Part shown: positions 57,215 through 64,000 of the stretch, one piece after another
How the letters are laid out: every line of letters starts with the position of its first letter
Numbering within the stretch: the stretch's first letter is position 1
The notes under the pieces: model-generated
What the model saw: the letters and a program-made list of their open reading frames with translations, nothing else
Told to the model about the DNA's origin: nothing
The model's database searches: none
Program-made: the position numbers and the translations under genes
Assembly (NCBI GenBank): GCA_035471805.1
Contig: DATIPS010000019.1
Location: 145 to 64,144, forward strand
Reading direction: 5' to 3'
From: Acidimicrobiia bacterium
GTDB lineage: Bacteria; Actinomycetota; Acidimicrobiia; Spongiisociales; JAHEDJ01
Length of the DNA stretch: 64,000 bases

Positions 57215-57460
57215 TGTTCAGATCGTCGCAGGCGGACCGCTTTCCTTCGCGTCCCGACGTTCGCCTTCAACCGTCGGGACGTTTCGGAGGTCGTTGGTGG
57301 AACCCGAGGAGGCAGACAACCTCAGGGTCAAGGATCACGGCAAAGTGTTTGAAACCTGCGATTGACGCGGCTTTAGGTCGAGCTGACTACACAACCCCAG
57401 GTCAGCGCGTTATCTGGGAGGGCAGTCCATCGACCTTCCGAGCTGTCTTTGACGGATGAC
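57215..57460. repeat. ~245-bp interspersed repeat, copy 1 (candidate structured element)
   Basis: ctgttcagatcgtcgcaggcggaccgctttccttcg...ctgtctttgacggatg, ~85% identical to 61925..62170. Contains conserved hairpin gtcccgacg/cgtcgggac. Confidence 0.75.
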
Positions 57461-57521
57461 GGTAGAAGTTCGGTAGGAGCCCCCCTGATTACCCGACCCG
57501 ACGGAACAGACCGACTTGGAA

Positions 57522-57566
57522 ACCCCAGGCCGTTGACCCGGGGTTTCTGAGTGTCGGAGGGGCGTC
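57522..57566. repeat. attL-like direct repeat: copy of tRNA-Leu 3' end + terminator hairpin
   Basis: gaaaccccaggccgttgacccggggtttctgagtgtcggagggg versus 63641-63685 gaaacccccgttgacctgggggtttctcagtgtcggagggg. 13/13 identity over agtgtcggagggg (tRNA acceptor 3' strand + T-stem) plus homologous hairpin. Confidence 0.55.
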
Positions 57567-57668
57567 TGCAGCCTCTAGTACACGCGATCCTTGGGAGACG
57601 TGGTTGGTCGCCGCGTCGCGTGATTGACCCCGAGGATCGCATGGCATCCGAGGAACTTCGAACGCCCG

Positions 57669-58010
57669 TCAGAGTTCGAGCAGAAACCGAAGGACTCGAC
57701 CAACCTCGAAGATCGTAGAAGGACCGACCTGCCCGAGACGAGCGATCATCCGCCGTTCGGAAACGGACTTGAGGTCCTCGCATTTCGCATAGCTCAACGC
57801 CTCCAATCCGGAATCTTCTGGGTCAATCTCTATGTGTGACGGAAGATTCCGATGAGATGTCGTACAAGGAACGACCATGACCACCCCCGCCGGACTGTCA
57901 TTGAGCGCATCCGCCGAAACCACCACGGCGGGACGGCGGCCCGACTGTTCTCGTCCAACCGGCTCGCCGAAGTCAACCAGCCAGATCTCGCCTCGCCGTG
58001 GGGTGATCAC
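57669..58010 (-). CDS. mazF: MazF/PemK-family type II toxin endoribonuclease
   Basis: MITPRRGEIWLVDFGEPVGREQSGRRPAVVVS...PCTTS typical PemK/MazF fold. Overlaps antitoxin gene by 4 nt. Confidence 0.8.
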   Translation of the reverse strand: MITPRRGEIWLVDFGEPVGREQSGRRPAVVVSADALNDSPAGVVMVVPCTTSHRNLPSHIEIDPEDSGLEALSYAKCEDLKSVSERRMIARLGQVGPSTIFEVGRVLRFLLEL

Positions 58011-58243
58011 GAGCGATCGCTGGCCGCGCCATCTTCAAGGCCACGCTCATGCTCGATCTCGGCCCACGCCACTGGATCTGCTCGAAGATCGTCGAATCCA
58101 ACCTTCATCTGGTCGAAGAACAGGCGCCGTTCTAGCGCATCGGCTGCCTCATCCAGTAGCTGCGTCATCGGACGCCCGGTGGAATCGGCCAGTCTGGCAA
58201 ACCGATCTCTGGTGTTCTCGCTGACTCTGATGGTGGTGCTCAT
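58007..58243 (-). CDS. mazE: type II antitoxin (ribbon-helix-helix / MazE-like)
   Basis: 78 aa, N-terminal RHH-like MSTTIRVSENTRDRFARLA, acidic C-terminus. TATACT -10 element ends ~7 nt before the ATG on the minus strand (leaderless-like). Confidence 0.65.
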   Translation of the reverse strand: MSTTIRVSENTRDRFARLADSTGRPMTQLLDEAADALERRLFFDQMKVGFDDLRADPVAWAEIEHERGLEDGAASDRS

Positions 58244-58570
58244 GAATCGAGTATACCAAGTCGTTGACTAATCAGTCTACATCTAGGGGCACCGAGGAAT
58301 ACGTCATGAGCGTATCCGCTGTTCACCGACGGTGCGGAAGCGACCCGTCGCGGTGTACAGGCATCAACCGTAACCATCCAAGAGATGGACCTCACTGGAG
58401 AGTTGTCTTCTCGCGGTGTCGGAGGATCGATTCGGACCCTAATCCCTCGTGGCACTCCGTCCGGCGAGTTCCCGGCAGCCGGGTAGCCCGGATACGCGCG
58501 CTATCCCCATCCCAGTGAACGGATCCACCTTCCCGAACCGCGCTGTCGAGCGGCGACCCGGGCCGACAGA

Positions 58571-58828
58571 TCAGAAGTCGAACGGGACGAGAGCTCCGTC
58601 GTTCTCGATCAACACCACCGGTTGCGCCTCCCAGGTTTCGGCATCGCCGCCCATGCCTGGGGAGTCGGCCGGCATGCCCGGCAGAGCAATCCCGATCGCA
58701 TCGGGGCGTTCATCGAGGAACTGCAGAATGGCCCCGGCCGGCACGTGACCTTCGATCACATAGCCGTCGAGCAACGCGGTGTGGCACGATCCGACGCCAT
58801 CCAGCCGTCGCAACAAAGATGCCGACAA
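58571..58828 (-). CDS. DUF411-domain (CopG-like copper-associated) protein, short or N-terminally truncated
   Basis: LDGYVIEGHVPAGAILQFLDERPDAIGIALPGMPADSPGMGG matches DUF411 core. Only 85 aa, no signal peptide or Cys motif. Bounded upstream by the cytochrome c stop. Confidence 0.5.
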   Translation of the reverse strand: MSASLLRRLDGVGSCHTALLDGYVIEGHVPAGAILQFLDERPDAIGIALPGMPADSPGMGGDAETWEAQPVVLIENDGALVPFDF

Positions 58829-58879
58829 GAACGGCCATCAATCCGGTTCGCATCCGAACAGGGTATGTGAACTGCTCGG

Positions 58880-59290
58880 CTATGGCGGATACGGCTCGAA
58901 CCCCTCCCGGCGTTGCACATCGCGCACGAAAGCGACAATGGCCTCCACCTCTGAGTCTGAGAGATCGTCGATAGGCGGCATCGGCCCGAATGACCAATGG
59001 TGCGGGGTTACCCCGCGGCGCACCGCCAACAAGAATGCCGCATCGCCGTGGTGGCCGGGTTCGTACACCTCGGACAAGTGAGAAGGACCGCGTTCCGTCC
59101 CGCGAAGGCCGGCACCATGACAGGAGGCACACGCTTCGGCATACAGTTCGCTCCCGGCAGCGATCAAGGCCGGATCCGAAGGCTGGTTCCCGCCTCCGTC
59201 CGCAGCGCCAGACCCCGAGCAGGCGCTCAGAACGACAACAACCAAAAGGATCGGCAAACGAAACGCTCGCAGTCGGCGGCCCTTCCACAT
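58880..59290 (-). CDS. class I cytochrome c lipoprotein
   Basis: Lipobox VVVLSAC. Haem motif CASCHG. Met ligand region (WSFGPMPP). Confidence 0.8.
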   Translation of the reverse strand: MWKGRRLRAFRLPILLVVVVLSACSGSGAADGGGNQPSDPALIAAGSELYAEACASCHGAGLRGTERGPSHLSEVYEPGHHGDAAFLLAVRRGVTPHHWSFGPMPPIDDLSDSEVEAIVAFVRDVQRREGFEPYPP

Positions 59291-59441
59291 TCCGCCGAGA
59301 TGCTAGCCCCGGGTGCGGTCCGGATACCCCCTACTCGCGGCAGCGCAGCCTTTAACGAATCTTGATGTTTGGCCCGGAAGTTGCTGAATGTCCATCGGCA
59401 ACACTTTGGGTCATGACATCAAAGCAAGGAGAACAACGGTG

Positions 59442-59642
59442 ATGTGGGGTTACGGAATGTGGTGGAGCAGTCTGATCTGGCTGATCCTGATCGCAGCGAT
59501 CATCTGGACACTGGTCGCCACCAATCGCCCCGGTCGATCCAACCGCGCCGGCGCACTCGAGATCCTCGAAGAGCGTCTGGCCCGCGGAGAAATCGATGCC
59601 GAGACCTACCGGGCTACCCGGACAGAACTAGAGAGGAACTGA
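59442..59642 (+). CDS. SHOCT-domain membrane protein
   Basis: TM helix (WSSLIWLILIAAIIWTLVA) + SHOCT motif LEERLARGEIDAETYRATRTELE. ATG 59442 (track ORF starts at 59388). Confidence 0.65.
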   Translation: MWGYGMWWSSLIWLILIAAIIWTLVATNRPGRSNRAGALEILEERLARGEIDAETYRATRTELERN

Positions 59643-59645
59643 GAA

Positions 59646-59972
59646 ATGAACAACAAGAGGGAACTCATCATCGCAGCTGCGACTGTCGTCGTTCTAGCGA
59701 TACCGACAATGGCCTGGGCCTTCACCGGTCCGCTGTCTGCCGATCCGCCGGCACCGAACGTTGGAGACGAATCGCTTGACGAGGGATCGTACGACTGGAT
59801 GAACGAGATGCACGACTACATGTGGAACGGCGCCACCGGCGACGGATCGTACGACTCGATGAACCAGATGCACGACTACATGTGGAACGGCGGCGAACTC
59901 CCCGAGGACTTCGCCGGCGGGCCGGCCGGATCAAGGCACCCGATGGGAGGCGGAATGTGGGGCGACCGATAG
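59646..59972 (+). CDS. secreted Met/His-rich tandem-repeat protein (putative Cu-binding)
   Basis: Signal peptide (AATVVVLAIPTMAWA). Two 21-aa repeats GSYDWMNEMHDYMWNGATGD / GSYDSMNQMHDYMWNGGELP (63-nt DNA repeat). C-terminal HPMGGGMWGD. Confidence 0.7.
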   Translation: MNNKRELIIAAATVVVLAIPTMAWAFTGPLSADPPAPNVGDESLDEGSYDWMNEMHDYMWNGATGDGSYDSMNQMHDYMWNGGELPEDFAGGPAGSRHPMGGGMWGDR

Positions 59973-60029
59973 CCCAAACGCGAACAACTGCCCTAGTGAG
60001 TCTGAATCGACAACGCCCCCTACCATCAC

Positions 60030-60731
60030 ATGGTGACTTCAAGACGAATCTTGATCGTGGACGACGAGCGGGACCTCCGAACGATGCTCTCCACGTATCT
60101 GACCGCAGATGGTTTCGAGGTCCTGCAAGCCGGCGACGGCGAGCAGGGCCTCGAGCTCGCGCTCACGAGAAAGCCCGATTTCGTCGTTCTCGATGTGGGC
60201 CTACCCGGCATCGATGGTTTCGAGGTGTTGCGGCGACTGCGAGCATCTTCAAGTGTTCCGGTGATCATGCTGACTGCCCGCGCCGAGGAGGTAGACCGAG
60301 TGGTCGGCCTTTCGGTGGGCGCCGACGATTACGTCACGAAGCCGTTCTCGCCACGAGAGCTGGTTGCACGAATCACTGCAGTACTCCGACGTACCGACCG
60401 CGCTCCGGCAGCATCGTCGGCCGAACTGCTCGAGTTTTCCGGACTCACGATCGATGTCGGATCGCGCGAGGTCAGGTGCGATGGTCGAGAGGTCGATCTG
60501 AGCGCTCTCGAGTTCGACCTGCTGGCTGCGCTCGCACTCTCACCGCGCCGGGTCTTCACCCGGCAGCAACTCATGGAAGAGGTGTGGGGCTGGGACTACG
60601 TGGCGGTCGATCGAGTGGTGGACGTCCACATCTCGAACCTTCGCAAGACCCTGGACGACGACACGTTGAACCCACGCTTCATCGCAACCGTCCGGGGCGT
60701 CGGCTACAAGTTCATCGGTGAATCCCGATGA
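60030..60731 (+). CDS. OmpR-family response regulator (CopR/CusR-like)
   Basis: Receiver domain (ILIVDDE...VVLDVGLPGIDGF) + winged-helix DNA-binding domain (RRVFTRQQLMEEVWGWDYV...RGVGYKF). Confidence 0.9.
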   Translation: MVTSRRILIVDDERDLRTMLSTYLTADGFEVLQAGDGEQGLELALTRKPDFVVLDVGLPGIDGFEVLRRLRASSSVPVIMLTARAEEVDRVVGLSVGADDYVTKPFSPRELVARITAVLRRTDRAPAASSAELLEFSGLTIDVGSREVRCDGREVDLSALEFDLLAALALSPRRVFTRQQLMEEVWGWDYVAVDRVVDVHISNLRKTLDDDTLNPRFIATVRGVGYKFIGESR

Positions 60732-61912
60732 AGAGGTTCACCGGCAAACTCTGGACACGCCTACTGGCAGCGCAGCTACTCATCATTGCACTGGGTGCCG
60801 TAACGCTCATCGTTCTCATCGAACTCCTCGCGCCGACGTTCTTCGCCAACGCCCTCCGCACCATGAACTCGATGATGGCCGACCCGAGTCACATGGGCGA
60901 CATGATGACCGGTAGCTCATCGACCGGACAGTTCACACCGACCGTCCAAGCGGATCTCGAAGCGTCGTTCGACAGTTCGTTCCGCCGCGCCCTGGCAATC
61001 TCCCTGGCCGTCGCCGGGATTGCCGCCATTGGGACAACGGCCTACGCAACGCAGCGGATACTTCGGCCGCTTCAGGCCGTGAGGTCCGCAGCCCACAAAC
61101 TCGCCGACGGTGCCTACGACCAGCGGATCGATCTCCCGCACGAGCAGGAGCTCGCCGACCTGGCTCGGGATGTAAATGCCTTGGCAGAGACCCTGGCAAC
61201 GACAGAGGCTCGCCGCGTCCGCCTCATTTCCGAAGTCGCTCACGAGCTGCGCACTCCACTAACCACGCTCGAGGGGTATCTCGAAGGCCTCCTCGACGGC
61301 GTGTTCGAGCCGAGCAACGACGTTTTTGCCGCGTCCGGGCGCGAGGTTCGCCGCCTCAAGCGTCTCGCATCCGATTTGTCCGAACTCTCACGCGCCGAGG
61401 AGGGTGCTCAATCCCTTCAACTCAAGTCGTTCGACGTCGGAGCTTTGACTCGCGAAGTCGCGGGGAATCTGAGGACCCAGGCGAATGCCAAGGGAGTCCG
61501 GTTGATGGTGGCCGATGGACCGGGACTGCTGCCCGTGACGGCCGACCGGGATCGAGTTGGGCAGGTGCTCACCAATGTGATCGGCAACGCAATCAGTTAC
61601 ACCGACGAGGGAGGCCAAATCACAGTCGGGATGACGGGCAACGACGATTGGGTGACGATCGCGGTTGCAGACTCCGGGCGCGGATTGAGTGCCGATCAGC
61701 AGTCAGCGGTCTTCGAACGTTTCTACCGGGGCGACCCCACTGGTCCGGGGGGAAGCGGAATCGGCCTCACCATCGCCCGCGCCATTGCCCGCAGGCACGG
61801 CGGCGATATCGAGGCGGACTCACCCGGGCCGGGAAAGGGTTCGACGTTCACGATCCTTCTCCCACGCAGTACAGCCGACGACACGGCACGTGGGAGCTTG
61901 GCCGGCGACTGA
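60728..61912 (+). CDS. sensor histidine kinase (CopS/CusS-like)
   Basis: Two TMs + periplasmic loop containing a Met-rich stretch (MNSMMADPSHMGDMMTG). HAMP. HisKA H-box (EVAHELRTPLTT). HATPase_c N, G1, G2 boxes (GSGIGLTIARAIA). 4-nt overlap with RR. Confidence 0.9.
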   Translation: MKRFTGKLWTRLLAAQLLIIALGAVTLIVLIELLAPTFFANALRTMNSMMADPSHMGDMMTGSSSTGQFTPTVQADLEASFDSSFRRALAISLAVAGIAAIGTTAYATQRILRPLQAVRSAAHKLADGAYDQRIDLPHEQELADLARDVNALAETLATTEARRVRLISEVAHELRTPLTTLEGYLEGLLDGVFEPSNDVFAASGREVRRLKRLASDLSELSRAEEGAQSLQLKSFDVGALTREVAGNLRTQANAKGVRLMVADGPGLLPVTADRDRVGQVLTNVIGNAISYTDEGGQITVGMTGNDDWVTIAVADSGRGLSADQQSAVFERFYRGDPTGPGGSGIGLTIARAIARRHGGDIEADSPGPGKGSTFTILLPRSTADDTARGSLAGD

Positions 61913-61924
61913 GGGCTTCGCGGC

Positions 61925-62170
61925 CTGTTCACATCGTCGCAGGCGGACCGCTTTCCTTCGCGGCCCGACGTTCGCCTTCCACCGTCGGGACGTTGCGGTG
62001 GTCGTTGGTGGAAACCGAGGAGGCAGACAACCTCGGGGTCAAGGAATACGACAGAGTGTCTGAGACCTGCAATCGACGCAGCTTTGAGGTCGAGCTGGCT
62101 ACACAACTCCAGGTCAGCGCGTTATCTGGGAGGGCAGTTGATCAACATTTCGAGCTGTCCTTGACGGATG
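61925..62170. repeat. ~245-bp interspersed repeat, copy 2 (immediately downstream of HK stop)
   Basis: See copy 1. Begins 13 nt after HK TGA. Track ORFs 61648..62235 and 56973..57365 lie in it but differ by non-conservative substitutions. Confidence 0.75.
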
Positions 62171-62276
62171 GTGACGGTTTAGCCCTTATTTGGCCCGGTG
62201 TGTCAACCAGAAAGTGGCTAGGCAACTCTGTCTGACGGGTGTTCAATCGGAATAGAACGCAACCGAGAGGGAGTGA

Positions 62277-62621
62277 GTGTCTCTGATGCTGGAATGGATC
62301 TACGCTCGGATCAAGTTCTTCGTTCTTTGCATGGGTCTGTGGGCAGCGGCCGTATGTGGTTTTGTCCTGACGGCAACTTTGAATCAGATTGCGTCTGAAC
62401 AGGCTGTGATTGTGCCTCTGTGGCCTTTCGGCGATGTGGTCTTTGAACCGCCTCTTCGCTACCTGGCGATTTCTCTCGTGTTTCTGGGGCTTGGCATTGG
62501 TCTCGCGATCCCGTTCAACTCTGAGGTCGGCCTGGAACCGGTGCGGAGACAGTGGGCCAAGATCTTGGCCGCTTCTATGCACGGTTTGAAGCGTATCCTG
62601 ACTGCACCTTTCAATCGATAG
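62277..62621 (+). CDS. hypothetical membrane protein (lower-GC ORFan)
   Basis: 114 aa, three predicted TMs. Noticeably A/T-richer codons than surroundings. Confidence 0.4.
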   Translation: MSLMLEWIYARIKFFVLCMGLWAAAVCGFVLTATLNQIASEQAVIVPLWPFGDVVFEPPLRYLAISLVFLGLGIGLAIPFNSEVGLEPVRRQWAKILAASMHGLKRILTAPFNR

Positions 62622-62815
62622 TGCCGCGCCGTGGGCACGCCAGTCGGCTCATGGACTGAGACTTTGAAAGGCTAGGCGCTCCAGGGATTGGCCCTACGAA
62701 GCCTGGCTCGGCGGGTTGGCTACTCGGGGCCATATGCATCTGGTCGGTCACAAGCCCGAGCGCGATAATCGTAGGTGGAACGGAAAGGGAGCCTCGTTGA
62801 AAGAGGCGACTGATC

Positions 62816-63340
62816 GTGAAACGTACCCCACTGATCGCCCTCCTGGCGACTGTTCTGGTCTTTGCGTTTGCGGCACCGGCAACTGCCGGGGGAGCAAACG
62901 ACAACGGAAACGGCAATCGGACGCTCTGGGTCGAAACGTACTCGTCTGTGGGAGTCTCCTATTCGGTGCCTATCTGCGAAGGCGGCATCGTCGTCGATCA
63001 TGTCGAGGCTCAGGGACCATACGAATGGACTAGAACCTTCTTCGGCAAGCCCGACTTCACCAGAGCCGGTTTGAGTCATGTCTCGGTATGGGCGTCTGAC
63101 GATGGCGCCTACCGGCACGTATATCGCGAGAAGCAAACCGTCAACAGTATTGACTTCGGAGGAACCGGCCAACCGAATGTCTACAACATGCATGGCAAAT
63201 GGACTTGGTCTGACCCTGACGGCGTCTATCTAGAACGCAGCACTCTCAATCAAAACCGCTGGGATCAAGACGGCGTGTCGCAGCCGACCAAGTACATCGA
63301 CACGGGCTGGGTGTGCCTGCGAGACACCGTGCTCCCGTAG
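62816..63340 (+). CDS. secreted hypothetical protein (lower-GC ORFan)
   Basis: Signal peptide MKRTPLIALLATVLVFAFAAPATA. Asn/Gly-rich linker. No recognisable domain. Confidence 0.45.
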   Translation: MKRTPLIALLATVLVFAFAAPATAGGANDNGNGNRTLWVETYSSVGVSYSVPICEGGIVVDHVEAQGPYEWTRTFFGKPDFTRAGLSHVSVWASDDGAYRHVYREKQTVNSIDFGGTGQPNVYNMHGKWTWSDPDGVYLERSTLNQNRWDQDGVSQPTKYIDTGWVCLRDTVLP

Positions 63341-63642
63341 CCACGCCGCTGCCGGTTGGATAGTGCGATTCTGGATGGGTCAGGAATTGAAACTCCCCGA
63401 CTCAACTGGACCCCCCGACTTCGGTTGCGGGGTTCCAACATTTCTGCTTTCCGATCCTGGCCCCACACCTTCAGGCAAGATTCTTTCGATAACCCCTGGT
63501 CAGAAAGCCGTTCTATGGGTTTCCGAAGCGTGTCCTGCACCCGACATTCAGGAGATTGGGAGGACTGTCTCCAAGGTGAATGTCACCAAAATGCCACCAA
63601 GAGCAGATTCGTTGGATTGTGGGCGGTTGGCCCGGACAGCAA

Positions 63643-63668
63643 GAAACCCCCGTTGACCTGGGGGTTTC
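63643..63668 (-). terminator. intrinsic terminator hairpin 3' of tRNA-Leu
   Basis: gaaaccccc-gttgacct-gggggtttc (9-bp stem), 4 nt beyond tRNA 3' end. Followed on minus strand by ttcttgctgt. Confidence 0.55.
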
Positions 63669-63672
63669 TCAG

Positions 63673-63757
<85 letters not shown>

Positions 63758-63785
63758 GTGGTCGGCGCAGTATACCCTCAGCCGG

Positions 63786-64000
63786 TCAGCCGCCGATTCG
63801 GTGCCAGAGTGCAGCGTTCCATGTTGCGGGAAAGGCTGCGACATGGTCAAGCCCCTCAAACGCGGTCGACCAGGCGGCCGCCGCATTGGGCGCTGCGAAT
63901 AGGGGCAGAAGGACCATGTCTTCTGCCAGGAGGGCGTCGATCGCCGTGAGCTCTGCCCTCAACACCTCCAGATCGAGAATGCCGTCCAGACCGGCGATTC
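63786..64000 (-). CDS. C-terminal end of an unidentified protein (gene starts beyond window end)
   Basis: Not in ORF track (incomplete). Minus-strand frame reads ...IAGLDGILDLEVLRAELTAIDALLAEDMVLLPLFAAPNAAAAWSTAFEGLDHVAAFPATWNAALWHRIGG, stop at 63786-63788. Protein-like composition, no family assigned. Confidence 0.35.
   Translation of the reverse strand, partial: IAGLDGILDLEVLRAELTAIDALLAEDMVLLPLFAAPNAAAAWSTAFEGLDHVAAFPATWNAALWHRIGG

Noticed and set aside
56973-57365. Plus-strand ORFs 56973..57365 and 61648..62235 reading through the two 245-bp repeat copies
   Set aside because: The translations of the two copies differ by many radical substitutions (Q/H, R/W, P/T, G/D, F/S), with stops at different places. 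This pattern does not fit purifying selection on a protein.
63340-63640. Looked for an integrase or its C-terminal remnant (R..HxxR..Y) adjacent to tRNA-Leu in all six frames
   Set aside because: No frame yields recombinase-like sequence. The region is short, lower-GC and non-coding-like, so the islet is called integrase-less.

Overview
High-GC actinobacterial chromosomal segment (thermophile-like gene content). Most of the window is a co-directional minus-strand housekeeping array whose synteny resembles the mycobacterial Rv1692-Rv1713 and Rv2092c-Rv2118c neighbourhoods. It holds der, ispH, an in-frame aroA-cmk fusion, rluB, scpBA, xerD, pyrG, recN, nadK, tlyA and helY-tatCA. A complete, very compact Pup-proteasome system follows (pafCBA, prcAB, pup ending GGE, dop, mpa). 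A tightly coupled ttuB-ttuA-trmI tRNA-thiolation operon sits next to it. The right third carries membrane and redox genes: korAB with an unusual beta-gamma fusion, a fused formiminotransferase-cyclodeaminase, a 771-aa TPM-domain protein and corA. The most unusual structure is a ~6.1 kb lower-GC islet inserted at the 3' end of tRNA-Leu(GAG). It is bounded by a direct repeat of the tRNA 3' end plus its terminator hairpin. Its cargo is copper-themed: a two-component system, a Met/His-rich tandem-repeat secreted protein, a cytochrome c lipoprotein, a DUF411 fragment and a SHOCT protein, plus a mazEF toxin-antitoxin pair and two ORFans. No integrase is present. A ~245-bp structured repeat occurs twice: once inside the islet downstream of the histidine kinase, and once just outside attL, fused to a 97%-identical duplicate of the cytochrome c 5' end. 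Two tRNAs (Pro-GGG, Leu-GAG) have terminator hairpins. Two partial CDSs run off the window edges and are absent from the ORF track. No CRISPR array and no rRNA were found. Many long track ORFs are antisense GC-frame artefacts and were rejected.
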